Positions 1 through 10,172 of a DNA stretch of 40,974 nucleotides are shown one piece after another. The notes beneath the pieces are model-generated. The model was not told where the DNA came from. It made no database searches and was given only the letters and a program-made list of their open reading frames with translations. Positions within the stretch are counted from its first letter, which is position 1. Each line of letters opens with the position of its first letter. Position numbers and translations under genes: made by a program. The DNA is from a virus (Duplodnaviria; Caudoviricetes): the IMG/VR virus record IMGVR_UViG_3300032253_000228, positions 1 to 40,974 of that record; one strand, given 5' to 3'.

Positions 1-717
1 TCAAACCCAGCCCTGCCGCAAGAAGGTTCGGTAAAGCGGCCAGTTGCCTTCATGCAAGTAGCTGAACCGGTGATCTCCGATGCTGTCAGGGTTATCGCCG
101 CGCAGATCCCAACCATATTGACGGCGGTAAAATTGCTGAGTGCCTTTATCATCAAGCTGGACCTCTGTCAGATTTTCAAGGCCCGCAGATGCACCGATTC
201 CCCGATACCCAATAAGAGCATGTTTTCCAAATTCCGGTTCGAACCACGCCCCTAACCGCTTGAGGACGTCATCCGTTGAAACACTGATATTGAGAAATTG
301 GGTCCATGGTGAATTGCGAATGATAGGAGTTGCCGCCTTGACTGTCTCGGCACCGTTCAGGAAAATAACGCGCCGGAATGAGTTGGGCCGTTCTTCCAGC
401 GCCCGAAGGATCACTCGGCTGCCAAGCGAATGACAGATCACGTCAGGTAGGCGTGGAGCTTTGATGTTGAGTAGTTTATCCACTGCGGGCTCGACAAGAT
501 CGAGATAGGCCCAGCTATATGTCGTCAAATGACCGGCCATCCATGCCCTGAAGATATCCTTGACCGCCCGTGCTGAATACCAGGGTAACGGCACAATCTT
601 TTTACCATCGAGATGCTTTGTCCAGGCGGTGAACGCCCCGTCATTGGCGAAGGGTGAGTTATTAGGATCAAACGGGTCATAGTCATAGCCGTGGATCATG
701 ACGACAGGACTACTCAT
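1..717 (-). CDS. Alpha/beta hydrolase (DUF900-like esterase/lipase)
   Basis: VMIHGY oxyanion motif, CHSLG nucleophile elbow, DDVL acid and C-terminal DH; ATG at 717 overlaps the end of the upstream lipoprotein gene. Confidence 0.8.
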   Translation of the reverse strand: MSSPVVMIHGYDYDPFDPNNSPFANDGAFTAWTKHLDGKKIVPLPWYSARAVKDIFRAWMAGHLTTYSWAYLDLVEPAVDKLLNIKAPRLPDVICHSLGSRVILRALEERPNSFRRVIFLNGAETVKAATPIIRNSPWTQFLNISVSTDDVLKRLGAWFEPEFGKHALIGYRGIGASAGLENLTEVQLDDKGTQQFYRRQYGWDLRGDNPDSIGDHRFSYLHEGNWPLYRTFLRQGWV

Positions 718-1081
718 CTGTAGCCTCTTCCCCTGCATCTTTTTTAGGCGCGGGCTTGTTCGCCTTCTCCCGGGCCAAAAACTTTTGAAGCAGGAATTTC
801 GGTTTTGCCAATTCGTGAACGGCCCGCGCCTGTTCGAACAACTTCAGACCACCCTCAATATCGCCATTCGTGATCTTCGCTTGCCCTTGAATGATGAGAA
901 CGCTGGTGATCGAGTTCGTGAGCTCACGGTCCCTATCATACCAATACTTAAGATCATCAGCCCTGCCCACCAATTCAGCTTTGGCAAACTCTTTGACTTG
1001 AACAGCATCCTGCAATGCGACTGAGCATCCAGACAGAAAAAAAGCCGCCAAAATGGCGACCAAAATAAACTTGATATTCAT
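710..1081 (-). CDS. Lipoprotein in lysis region
   Basis: Signal peptide MNIKFILVAILAAFF plus lipobox LSGC; helical body; directly downstream of endolysin. Confidence 0.75.
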   Translation of the reverse strand: MNIKFILVAILAAFFLSGCSVALQDAVQVKEFAKAELVGRADDLKYWYDRDRELTNSITSVLIIQGQAKITNGDIEGGLKLFEQARAVHELAKPKFLLQKFLAREKANKPAPKKDAGEEATDE

Positions 1082-1094
1082 AACGATATATCCT

Positions 1095-1535
1095 TTATAA
1101 AATGTCCTTATAGAAAATATGCTGGCCGATTTTTGCCGTCGGGGTTTGTCCTACGGCCCATGTAGGTTTTACCGCTTTCGTGTGATAGTGGGTTGCGCCA
1201 GCGGTTGGGTCCGGATAAATGCCAGACAGTGCGCCCCGACTTGCTGCCCCGCAGATTACAAACACAGAATCGGTTTCATTAACTTTCAACAATTTTTTGT
1301 AGTTTGGATCGTTGGGATTCCAGCAAGAAAATTGCCATTTCTTTTTGCAAATATCCGCAATGGTCTCGCCCTGCCAATGCACTTTTTTATATTTTTTGCG
1401 GTATGCTTTTGACTCGGCCAATCTGTTCAAAATAACATGCGCAACCGCCACCTTCCCCTCGAACGGCCCCCCGCGCACCTCCCCCCAGATAGTGCGATCA
1501 AGCACATCGAGACTGTCGTGATCTGTTTGAACCAT
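1095..1535 (-). CDS. Endolysin, cell wall hydrolase (SleB/Hydrolase_2 family)
   Basis: RTIWGEVRG, VAHVILNR, QFSCWNPNDPN, DPTAGATHYH, IGQHIFY motifs. Confidence 0.93.
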   Translation of the reverse strand: MVQTDHDSLDVLDRTIWGEVRGGPFEGKVAVAHVILNRLAESKAYRKKYKKVHWQGETIADICKKKWQFSCWNPNDPNYKKLLKVNETDSVFVICGAASRGALSGIYPDPTAGATHYHTKAVKPTWAVGQTPTAKIGQHIFYKDIL

Positions 1536-1696
1536 TTGTCTGCCCCCCAGCGTTCAAAAAGTAGATTTCTATTTTATTTGCAAACCAATAAGTAATTTTT
1601 ATTAGTACTTTAATACAAGCTCAAAATATGACGAACTTTAGGCATAGTTTTGAAAATACCGTGCTCATTCTCTGCATAGGTGCGGAAAATATTAAC

Positions 1697-2065
1697 CTAA
1701 CTATCTGTTTTAATTATAGTTTTAACTGATATTGCATACTCAGACCAAATTTTCGAGAGCTTATCCGTCGCAAAGACACGTATCTTTCTACGATCTGCAC
1801 TGTCTCGCCTGAAGAAGACGAGTTCTAAATCATGCATTCGGTGTATAATTTTTGATGTGGTCTCTCTTGTGCCGCTAACTTGCGAAACAATCATCGAGAA
1901 ATCTGCCCGCTGGCCACGGCTCTCAGCAAGAGCGAGAGCGGCTGTTATCTGAAGTATCCTTTGATCTCTGAATACATCTGGAACTTCATTTGTCGAGGCG
2001 GAGAAAATTTGAACAAGTGTGGCGACATCTGCAAAAAACAGAAAAGCCGGTTGATCTTCACTCAC
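1697..2065 (-). CDS. MarR-like winged-helix DNA-binding protein (AT-rich moron)
   Basis: HTH plus wing motif RRDSADRRKIRVFAT; AT-rich flanks. Confidence 0.7.
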   Translation of the reverse strand: MSEDQPAFLFFADVATLVQIFSASTNEVPDVFRDQRILQITAALALAESRGQRADFSMIVSQVSGTRETTSKIIHRMHDLELVFFRRDSADRRKIRVFATDKLSKIWSEYAISVKTIIKTDS

Positions 2066-2149
2066 GAATTAATACCAAATAAGCTACTTTAATATTCACC
2101 TATTAGCATAAAAGTATAATTTCCGCAGCGGTGATATATTGTCGCGGCA

Positions 2150-2662
2150 TCAGACCACCACAAATGCCGTCAACATATCCCCCGCCGCCCAAACGGCGTA
2201 TTGACCAAAGATACTGTCCATTCGCTGTGTGTAAGCATCCATAACAGACCGCAGATCGGTAATGGTGCTGATACGGATAGAATTATCAGCCATTATCCAG
2301 CCTCGGTTTTCGGCTTCAAAACCATTCCGGACCGCGTAGTCAATTGCTACACGGATATTCTCGCGGGCTTTCTCATCGACCTGCCAAACGGCACCAAGCA
2401 CTGAAATATCTGAATTGATTGTGTTGTCTCGCAGCTGTTGCGCCGCTTTTCTGTTTTGGGCAGTCGCGCGGGCGTCCGCTTGAGTTTGCAGCCAAGATAA
2501 ATAAGCGGGTTCAGCAGCAACGATATCTTCATATGTTGGCAGAGTACCTGTATATGTCACAAAAACCGGTCCTAGCGCGGTCGCGCCTGGAAATGAGGTT
2601 GCTGACAGTTGATTGATTTCTGTGCCAGCAAACTGTGTTTTGACAATTCCTTGAATATTCAT
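2150..2662 (-). CDS. DUF4376-like tail fibre assembly/associated protein
   Basis: LRD..I, WQVDEKARENI, WIMADNS motifs; follows the tail fibre gene. Confidence 0.75.
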   Translation of the reverse strand: MNIQGIVKTQFAGTEINQLSATSFPGATALGPVFVTYTGTLPTYEDIVAAEPAYLSWLQTQADARATAQNRKAAQQLRDNTINSDISVLGAVWQVDEKARENIRVAIDYAVRNGFEAENRGWIMADNSIRISTITDLRSVMDAYTQRMDSIFGQYAVWAAGDMLTAFVVV

Positions 2663-3424
2663 TTACGCTTCTACCCTAAGATTAAAGATTGTCGGGCTTG
2701 TGGCCCCTTTAACAACGCCCGCTTGTGTCGATGAAGCGCCACCGCTAATCATCACATCAACTGTGTAATTTGCAGCTACTGTAATAAAATCTGACGCCAG
2801 AACCGCAAACGTTCCAGCATGGTGACTTTTCGTATATGTCAACACAGTTCCGGCTGTGGCGGATGTGTAATTATACAGCCCTCCACTCCCTCCTAGTGGA
2901 AATTGATCTACACCGTCCTTTGCTGGACCTGTTGTACTATCAAATCCGTTTATTCTTAACCAGACGTTAGGGGTTGTCGAGTTCGAACCTGCTGTGTTGT
3001 CCAGCTGCATGTTTTCAACATCAACTATAAGTCTGTCAGTCGGTTTCAAAGGCACCGCAGCCTTTGTCGCGACGACCAGCCCTGAAGCGATAAAGTCGGC
3101 GGGAGTATAACCAGCCGCAATCGGCAACGAAACATCAAAGGAACTCGTTAGGTCATGGAGTACTGGGCCAGTCACGACAACAGGGTGTGTATGACTGCTA
3201 ATCTCCCCCGTTAGCGCGCCCTCGACGTCAGATTGGTCTGTTAAATATCCAAGTTTTGATTTTACCTCTGCGGATGTCCCGCCCGCGCCAAATAACCCTG
3301 ACAGATATGCAATAATTGAATTCGATTTATCAACATTTCCAGCAATATCCGACCGCGCGGCTTTTGGGTCGTCCGTTCCCTGATCAAGGTTTGTCTTCGT
3401 CAAATTGCCCGGTAGTGCCGTCAT
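2663..3424 (-). CDS. Tail fibre / receptor-binding protein
   Basis: N-terminal NLDQGTDDPKAARSDI anchor, HTH(P) fibre motif, beta-rich Thr/Gly C-terminus; ATGA-coupled to the tail tip gene. Confidence 0.65.
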   Translation of the reverse strand: MTALPGNLTKTNLDQGTDDPKAARSDIAGNVDKSNSIIAYLSGLFGAGGTSAEVKSKLGYLTDQSDVEGALTGEISSHTHPVVVTGPVLHDLTSSFDVSLPIAAGYTPADFIASGLVVATKAAVPLKPTDRLIVDVENMQLDNTAGSNSTTPNVWLRINGFDSTTGPAKDGVDQFPLGGSGGLYNYTSATAGTVLTYTKSHHAGTFAVLASDFITVAANYTVDVMISGGASSTQAGVVKGATSPTIFNLRVEA

Positions 3425-6168
3425 GCTTTTGGCCCCTTCAATGTCACGTCAATTATTGCATCGGCCAAAGCGCCGGCGCTGTTATAGAGTTTGAATTCAG
3501 CCGCTGGCGTCCCGTCGAGCAATGTCGTAGATTTGCTGATAAGTTCGTCCGACCAACCCGACCCGACATTCTGTTTTGCAACAATCTGCGCCGAGGTTAT
3601 GCTGGCGATTGAGCGCGATACACCTACTTTGAAATGACCGGTTGCAATTTTCTCGAAAGTGCCAGCACTGGCCAGCGCCGTATTGATATCGCCTTGATCA
3701 TTGATCAGGATTTCACCATCAAGAATGGGCGTTAATGTCTTGATAACCGGCGTTGTGCCGGTCACTGTGATTTCAAACTGGATATATCTGCATGTGACTT
3801 GTGCGGTATCGATATAGGACAGTGCTGACAGGTCTGACCCGGCAGCATCGGTCGCCGTCCGCATCTTGATTGCCACCGTCCCAATGGCACCAACGCCGAC
3901 CAACGGAGTGACGCTCACATCAGAATTGATATCGTAAACTTCTGTCTCGTATTTGATCGGTGATTTTGACGTTACAACGCCTGACCAACTGCCAGCCAAT
4001 GCGTCCCATGTCGCGCCCAGATCATCCCAAGCTTGCGCGGCGCTCGCTTCAAGTTCGTTTTCATAATTCACAAAGCAATCTGTCTTAATGCCCGGCCAGC
4101 CGAGGGATTTTTCATTCCATGCTGCAACCGCATTGCGCATGCGAGGGTCTGGCAAGGTCGCGGTAATGATCTTTGGATTTTGGGAGACGTTGCCGGTGCT
4201 GTCCTCTACGCGACAAGCGAAAGTGTATTCACCAGCGGGCAGCTGATTGTTTTCCCACGGCCAACTAGTGATTTTGCCGGTATTCAAACTATCCGCAGTA
4301 TCCAGATCAATCGTTGGGCCCGGAGCATAAGGAATGTGATAACCACCACCTACACGGACGTCGGCCTCTGGCTGCAAATGCACAACATTAAATTCACGAG
4401 TGCCGTCTGGTTGAACAGATATCGTGAACTGATCGACATCGCCCGGATTGCCAGCTTTCCCCACAACCAAATGGGTGATCGCGACCGCCGGCGACGACAC
4501 ACCGATTCCGTTGAATGACGTGACTTCGATATCATAAAGAACAGAGTCCGTTACCGGTCCGACAATAACGCTTCGAGAGCCGGGAATAATCTGCGCATAC
4601 TCAAAATCTGTATCGGCTGCTTTTTTAAAACCGACAACAACAGTTTCACTCTGATCGGGGGGCGTCCAACTGATCTTCATTTGCGAATTCAGAGAGCCGT
4701 CAGACGCAACAGTGATTAGATCGCTACCACTTGTCGCGGTTAAATAAGTGACCTGTCCATGATTAAATGGACTATCAAAACTGGTATCCGGTGACGGGTC
4801 TTGAATGACTTCATCGTTGGCGTAGTTCCAGTTCCAATCGACGTCAGCCTCTTCACGCAGAACAAGACTGATCGTCTGGTCCTCATTCATAGCCCAAGAT
4901 TCAATACGGAACTTCTTCGCCGACCAGCCAAATTCTTCCAGCGTTAAAAATACTGTGTCCCACGCCTGTACTCGTAGCATCCGAATATTGCATGTCAGAT
5001 TGACGCTTATTTGCTGCCGCGATCTCGCTAACGCGATACCAGCTAACCTTTGAACCGTTCCTGTAGACGTCGTGAAATCAAAATTGAGTGACTTGACGAT
5101 TTCTTCGCCATTATCCTCGGCCACATAAGTAGCATTCGAGATAATTGGATAATCAACTGACTGATAGAGATCATCCTTGTTCGCAAAGATACCGCGAACC
5201 GTATTGAACAGCTGATCTCTCGAAATCCTTGGGCTAACACGAACAGGACCGGCCAGATCATCTTCTGTAATTGTTAGCGTGGCCGCTTTTGGCCCGCCAG
5301 CATAAATATGAAATTGCCCGCCCGCATAAACTACTGCGCCCATACCAGCGCTTAGCATTGAATTTATAGCGTCCTCACGCGGCGTATCAGCCTCAAGGGT
5401 GCCGTTGACCACATAGCGTTTTTCAGTGCCGTTCAATGTCGTAACGGTCTCGTCACTGACGTTGGCTGACGCTATCAGGGTCGGTTCGTTGATTTCGGTC
5501 CAAGGGGCACCGACACCAATTTTGGCGGTAATGTAATCGGCTTCGCACAAAGCCCAGTTGTCGGTATATTTATTTAGTCCGTCGCGCGGATCATAAATCG
5601 TATTTTTACCCTTCAGAAGAACGCGCGGCACCGGAATTCCCGCCGGAAATATGCTGCCATTATAAATAAGCTCGATATGCAAGTAGGTCTGTCCACGCAA
5701 TCGATGCTCAGACGTCCACTCTCCGCCTGAAGCGGCAATCAGGTCAGCATCAGCCACCTGATCCGGATCACCCATGTGAAAATTCAGTTTCACGTTATTT
5801 GCATATTTGGCATCAATCACATTGAGGTTGGCATCAAGTTCCAGTTCATCGGTATCCAGCCAAACGCCCTCAACGCTTTCGCAAGAATGCGACGCCAAAA
5901 CAACAACCAGATGCAGTGATTTGTTGCCTGACCCGCTAGACGTGGCATAGACCATCGGGCCTGACACCCGCACCTCGCCATAAATTACGCGGCGGGGCTC
6001 GACCCCTGAGCGGATCATTTCCTGTCGGTCTTGCAAATTCCGCTTCGGCTTATCCTGAAAAAGAGACGTTAGCGCCGACATGATAAACGACATGGCAATG
6101 TTGAAAATTATCTGACCAATCGATATCTGAGAGATTGCAGCCGCAACCAAGGCTCCTACAGCGGGCAT
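3421..6168 (-). CDS. Central tail tip / host-specificity protein (lambda J-like, with fibronectin-like domains)
   Basis: 915 aa; PRRVIYGEVRVSG, HRLRGQTY, IYDPRD, NTVRGIF motifs; position after TMP-Dit-hub-peptidase. Confidence 0.88.
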   Translation of the reverse strand: MPAVGALVAAAISQISIGQIIFNIAMSFIMSALTSLFQDKPKRNLQDRQEMIRSGVEPRRVIYGEVRVSGPMVYATSSGSGNKSLHLVVVLASHSCESVEGVWLDTDELELDANLNVIDAKYANNVKLNFHMGDPDQVADADLIAASGGEWTSEHRLRGQTYLHIELIYNGSIFPAGIPVPRVLLKGKNTIYDPRDGLNKYTDNWALCEADYITAKIGVGAPWTEINEPTLIASANVSDETVTTLNGTEKRYVVNGTLEADTPREDAINSMLSAGMGAVVYAGGQFHIYAGGPKAATLTITEDDLAGPVRVSPRISRDQLFNTVRGIFANKDDLYQSVDYPIISNATYVAEDNGEEIVKSLNFDFTTSTGTVQRLAGIALARSRQQISVNLTCNIRMLRVQAWDTVFLTLEEFGWSAKKFRIESWAMNEDQTISLVLREEADVDWNWNYANDEVIQDPSPDTSFDSPFNHGQVTYLTATSGSDLITVASDGSLNSQMKISWTPPDQSETVVVGFKKAADTDFEYAQIIPGSRSVIVGPVTDSVLYDIEVTSFNGIGVSSPAVAITHLVVGKAGNPGDVDQFTISVQPDGTREFNVVHLQPEADVRVGGGYHIPYAPGPTIDLDTADSLNTGKITSWPWENNQLPAGEYTFACRVEDSTGNVSQNPKIITATLPDPRMRNAVAAWNEKSLGWPGIKTDCFVNYENELEASAAQAWDDLGATWDALAGSWSGVVTSKSPIKYETEVYDINSDVSVTPLVGVGAIGTVAIKMRTATDAAGSDLSALSYIDTAQVTCRYIQFEITVTGTTPVIKTLTPILDGEILINDQGDINTALASAGTFEKIATGHFKVGVSRSIASITSAQIVAKQNVGSGWSDELISKSTTLLDGTPAAEFKLYNSAGALADAIIDVTLKGPKA

Positions 6169-6609
6169 CTATGAAACCCTCCAGGCTTTGGCGCAAAACT
6201 TCATATGAACATAGGACAACCCCTTTGGCTCATGGGCAAACGCCGCCTCTGATCCGACACATACTCCCAGCCTCTCAGTGAAAAAGGCATCATCTTTTAC
6301 ATTTTGAAGAACAACGTCACCACGCTGGGCAAACATAGGGTTGATCTCTTCACCCAACTGACGAGCCGCTGCAACAGCGAGTGAGCCGTCATCAAGTTTG
6401 TAAAGTAAACGATACGCGCTTTTGGCCGTTTTATACCGCCCCTGACCGGCTTCATTGACATAATCGGCAAGAGGGTTTGTTCCGGTTATGGCCTCAACGG
6501 ACCGGCCCGCAAAAATCGCGCAGTCATGCTCGCCCCATGAAAAAGGCCGCTCTGTGGCGGCCTCCATGAATTCTACAAATTTTTGTTCCCAATGGGTTAA
6601 TCGCGGCAA
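6169..6609 (-). CDS. Tail-associated NlpC/P60-like protein (DUF6950 type)
   Basis: PFSWGEHDCAIFA and AQRGDVV motifs; probable TTG start at 6609 after GGGGAG. Confidence 0.8.
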   Translation of the reverse strand: MPRLTHWEQKFVEFMEAATERPFSWGEHDCAIFAGRSVEAITGTNPLADYVNEAGQGRYKTAKSAYRLLYKLDDGSLAVAAARQLGEEINPMFAQRGDVVLQNVKDDAFFTERLGVCVGSEAAFAHEPKGLSYVHMKFCAKAWRVS

Positions 6610-6610
6610 A

Positions 6611-7171
6611 TCAAGCTCTCCCCCAGATAAGACGTTTTTCCTGCATGGCTGCAACAAATTCAAAGCCACGATCGCCCGGATACAAAGACTTCTGATCCTG
6701 ATCTGTATATCTGGTCAAGGGGGCTTGCCGGAGTTGCCGAAGGCGGCTTTCAGCCCGAACAACAATGTCGGCAGTTCGTCCTGTCTGCTCGATCTCCATC
6801 ACATCCAGCATGCCCTTGTAGATCGACAGCGGGCTTTGTATTGGTTGCCCGTCATCATCAAAAAAGCACAGAAACATTTCGACCGCTCGGCCCTGATAGT
6901 TCTCGCCCAAAGCAATGGCAATGATTGAGCTATCGATACCGGATAGACCGAAATCAACTTTTTCCGCAACAACCTCGGATGTTTCGCTAACCCGAGATAT
7001 CTTGATAAGCTGGCCGCCTCCGATCCAAGTCTCCCCGCCCGCAATCAACTCATTGACACCCGTCCAAAGCCGCAGATCACCGCTATCAAAAGCCATGTGA
7101 ATAAGCCCCTGAACATTGAGGCCGTGTTTTTCAACCTCAGCGGATATGTCAATATGCAAAACTCTGGACAT
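6611..7171 (-). CDS. Baseplate hub / minor tail protein
   Basis: LRLWTG, WIGGG, YTDQDQKSLYPGDRGFEFV..IWGR motifs; synteny. Confidence 0.8.
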   Translation of the reverse strand: MSRVLHIDISAEVEKHGLNVQGLIHMAFDSGDLRLWTGVNELIAGGETWIGGGQLIKISRVSETSEVVAEKVDFGLSGIDSSIIAIALGENYQGRAVEMFLCFFDDDGQPIQSPLSIYKGMLDVMEIEQTGRTADIVVRAESRLRQLRQAPLTRYTDQDQKSLYPGDRGFEFVAAMQEKRLIWGRA

Positions 7172-7758
7172 TAGACAAAATCCTCAATGATCGACAGGGT
7201 GATTCCGTATAGGCACATCTCGTTATTTTCCCAGCGCCGCTCGTCTGACGAAAGACGAAAAATTCCCTTTGGATTGCTGTAGACAACAACCGAATTGGTA
7301 TGATCTTTTCGAAGGAAAGGTTCAATCAATACCGGCCCACCGATACCGGCGTCCCAGTCCTGAATAACCATTTTATATTCATTGCCGACCTGAAGATAAT
7401 CACCGGCTTTGAGCGTACCGGCAGCCCCTGTTAGCGTAACTTCGCGGCTTCTCGCCGTACCGGTTGCCGTAACAGTTCCGCTGATAGTTCCTTGAGGCTC
7501 GGCAGCGTCAGGGTCCCAACAATAGAAGGTTCCGAACTGCCCGCGTAAGGACATCAGAAAAGCCGTCCATTGACGCCCTTCTGGCTTGCCCATTTGCGGT
7601 AACGTCAACTCTCCAGACCAGACAGAGTTAAATTGCTCAAGCTTCTTCGTCACACCTGAAAACGGTGACGTTTGAATATTCGTCACGTCCTCATTCGCCC
7701 AAGAGGACAGCTTGAAGCCGGGGGACGTCGGCATTGTGACGGGGAAAGAAATAGGCAA
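7171..7758 (-). CDS. Distal tail protein (Dit-like)
   Basis: SPFSG, AFLMSLRG, LKAGDYLQVG, IEPFLR motifs; directly after TMP. Confidence 0.75.
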   Translation of the reverse strand: MPISFPVTMPTSPGFKLSSWANEDVTNIQTSPFSGVTKKLEQFNSVWSGELTLPQMGKPEGRQWTAFLMSLRGQFGTFYCWDPDAAEPQGTISGTVTATGTARSREVTLTGAAGTLKAGDYLQVGNEYKMVIQDWDAGIGGPVLIEPFLRKDHTNSVVVYSNPKGIFRLSSDERRWENNEMCLYGITLSIIEDFV

Positions 7759-7761
7759 TTT

Positions 7762-9906
7762 TTAAGCCTCCCTGAACCGCTGGCCAAAGGTGCCGCCGCG
7801 CCCAACAGCTTCAACAACTGAATTCTTTGTTGCGGCCGTAATCTGCGGCATCATGCTTTTAATCTCGGCCCGGACCGTGCTTTGAACACCCGTCGAGATA
7901 TTGAAGACAGGGGCAACCGTAATTGAAGACCCTCCCGAATTTTGCTGCTCTGTGCCCGGACGGATCGGGACGACACGCCCTCCTGAGTTTGGCTTGAAGA
8001 ACTCTTTTCCCCGTTCATTGACTTGATAAATTTTGCCGCCATTCACCGCACCACCAGATGCAAATTGTGGAAACTGAAAGCCGCCGGTGTTTTGGGGCAT
8101 AAAATTGGTGCTTCCTGAGCTCACACCACCGCCAAGTCCACCAAATATGGACCCTAGAACAGAGCTTAAAATCCCGCCGCCGCCACTTCCACCGCCCTGT
8201 TTTGACGTGTTGATAACGTCGATCAGCTTTTCGATAATCGCGTCCAGCGCCCGCAGAGCAATGCGTTTGACGCCTTCCCAACCGTCTATCAGGTCGCGGG
8301 CAAGCTGCTTTGAATTTCGCTTGATCTCATCAATTTTCTCTTTCTCTTTTTTGAGTTCTTTCTCGCGTAGTTCGTCACGTTTCTTCTGATATTCAGCCTC
8401 AAGGTCCTTTTTGGCCTGTTCATACTCTTTGTCAGTGATCAATTTCTTGTCGAGAAATGCTTGGTATTTTGCGAGCTGTTGCTCCTGTTGACGCGCCAGA
8501 TATTCCGCTTCTGACATGGTGGCTTGAAAAAAGGCTTCACGCTGCTCAGCTAGAACCGCCTTAGCCTCTTCCTTTGCGCCTTTGAAGGCAGCCTTCGCCT
8601 TCTCAACCATCTTTTGAAGGCGTTCCATGTCATTTTCATAATCATCAAATGACTGAACACCGATTTCGATACCGCGTGGTTTCTTCCGGGGTTTGGGTGC
8701 GGGAGCCTCATAAGTCGGAATGTAAATCTCATCAGGCTTTTTGCGAGGTGTAGGCACAGTGGATATGTCAGTATCCTGTTTCAGTTCATCGAACCTCGAC
8801 TGCAATTGCCTTAAAAGTTTCTCAGCATTTTTTAGCTCAAAATTTGCGGCGGCAATTGCGGCGGCTTTGAGCGGTGCGTCTGAGTTTTTTGCGTTATCAA
8901 GGGCTGCCGTTAGCCTTTCAACTTCAGTCCTCGCCTTTAACAAATCTCTGAACAGGGCATCAGCGTTGGTCCGCTCGCCAACCTTACCAAGCTTATCATC
9001 AACAATTTCAAGCGAAATTGACATGCGATCAAATAGTTCGGCCATAACGCCCAGAAAACCGGTAGAGACTTTTTCGCCGCCACTTTCAAAAATGGTTTTC
9101 TGCAACATGAACCACGAGGTTTCAAACCGACCCATGGCCGCTTGTGCACTATTCACCGCATCGGCGACACCTTTACCAAAAGTCTTGCGAAGCTCGGCGG
9201 CAAGCTTTGGAAGAAGGTCTTCCGCCAACACCTCCCCGCTATCAAGCATTTTGTTGAGCTCTTGCGTCGAGACACCCATTGCTCGGGCCGCAAGCTGGAA
9301 AGCACCCGGCAACCGCTCTCCGAGCTGACCTCTAAGCTCCTCTGCCTGCACATTTCCCTTTGACATCATCTGCTCTATGGCCTTGAGAGCGCCCTCGGTA
9401 TCAAACGAAGAGCGCCCCAAAACCACCATGCTTTCAGACACAGCAGAAAATATATCTCGTGTTGCCTGACCTTCAAGGCGCGTCCCTTTAGCCGCAGCTG
9501 ATAAGCTTGCATATGTAGAGGCCGTAGATTGTAAGTTAAGGCCCAGCCGGTCCGCCTCCGAAGACACGAAAGCGAACTCTCTGCGCGCGCCCTGCATGGA
9601 GCCACTTACTGTTTTCAGTGTTCTTTGTATGGATTCAAAAGCCGTCCCTGCCCTAAAGATAGACGCGATTGTAGCCCCGCCCAGCGCCGCCACAATTGCA
9701 GCACCAACGAACTTAACTGCCGCCCCCGCAGCGGTGCTTGCCTTCTCCATCCGTCTAAACGATTTTGAGGCCTTGTCAATTTCATTTTCAATATTTTTTG
9801 AAGCTTTAGAGGTTGCCCGAATTGCTTTTTTCAATTCTCCCTGATACGCCCGAATATCAGCATCCAGTTTCACAAAAATTTCATCAACCGAAACGCCAAC
9901 ACTCAT
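7762..9906 (-). CDS. Tail tape measure protein
   Basis: QMMSKGNVQAEELRGQLGERLPGA tape-measure domain, coiled coils, C-terminal FASGG..YQVNERGKEFF. Confidence 0.95.
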   Translation of the reverse strand: MSVGVSVDEIFVKLDADIRAYQGELKKAIRATSKASKNIENEIDKASKSFRRMEKASTAAGAAVKFVGAAIVAALGGATIASIFRAGTAFESIQRTLKTVSGSMQGARREFAFVSSEADRLGLNLQSTASTYASLSAAAKGTRLEGQATRDIFSAVSESMVVLGRSSFDTEGALKAIEQMMSKGNVQAEELRGQLGERLPGAFQLAARAMGVSTQELNKMLDSGEVLAEDLLPKLAAELRKTFGKGVADAVNSAQAAMGRFETSWFMLQKTIFESGGEKVSTGFLGVMAELFDRMSISLEIVDDKLGKVGERTNADALFRDLLKARTEVERLTAALDNAKNSDAPLKAAAIAAANFELKNAEKLLRQLQSRFDELKQDTDISTVPTPRKKPDEIYIPTYEAPAPKPRKKPRGIEIGVQSFDDYENDMERLQKMVEKAKAAFKGAKEEAKAVLAEQREAFFQATMSEAEYLARQQEQQLAKYQAFLDKKLITDKEYEQAKKDLEAEYQKKRDELREKELKKEKEKIDEIKRNSKQLARDLIDGWEGVKRIALRALDAIIEKLIDVINTSKQGGGSGGGGILSSVLGSIFGGLGGGVSSGSTNFMPQNTGGFQFPQFASGGAVNGGKIYQVNERGKEFFKPNSGGRVVPIRPGTEQQNSGGSSITVAPVFNISTGVQSTVRAEIKSMMPQITAATKNSVVEAVGRGGTFGQRFREA

Positions 9907-10172
9907 CAACTTACCCTCGCATTATTCATCATTTTTTTGAGTTCATCATTTGGTATTCGCCAAGCATCAGGTTTGGCTTTTGGCGCATCGCCGGCATCAG
10001 GATCAATACCGTGGAAACGTTGCTGACCACGAACGGCAAGATGGAATTCTTTCGGCGTCATTCGGTAAAAGTCAGCAGGAGAAAAACCCATACCGCCAAC
10101 GGCTATTTCAAAGAAGTCTTCCCAACCGACGCCTTTTTCGCCGGTTTCTTCCTCGGCGTCCGTGGCTTTTTT
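9906..10172 (-). CDS. Tail assembly chaperone T segment (C-terminus of G-T frameshift fusion)
   Basis: The -1 frame is open from the slippery site: KATDAEEETGEKGVGWEDFFEIAVGGMGFSPADFYRMTPKEF. Confidence 0.8.
   Translation of the reverse strand, partial: KKATDAEEETGEKGVGWEDFFEIAVGGMGFSPADFYRMTPKEFHLAVRGQQRFHGIDPDAGDAPKAKPDAWRIPNDELKKMMNNARVS

Noticed and set aside
2096-2110. CCTATTAG core as another operator copy
   Set aside because: Only the central 8 bp match; the TTG/CAA arms are absent
2663-6168. Diversity-generating retroelement or invertible tail-fibre cassette
   Set aside because: No reverse transcriptase or invertase, and no template/variable repeat pair noticed
8741-9328. 195-aa + strand ORF opposite the tape measure gene
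   Set aside because: Ser/Ala-rich shadow of a coiled-coil gene; no RBS or coupling
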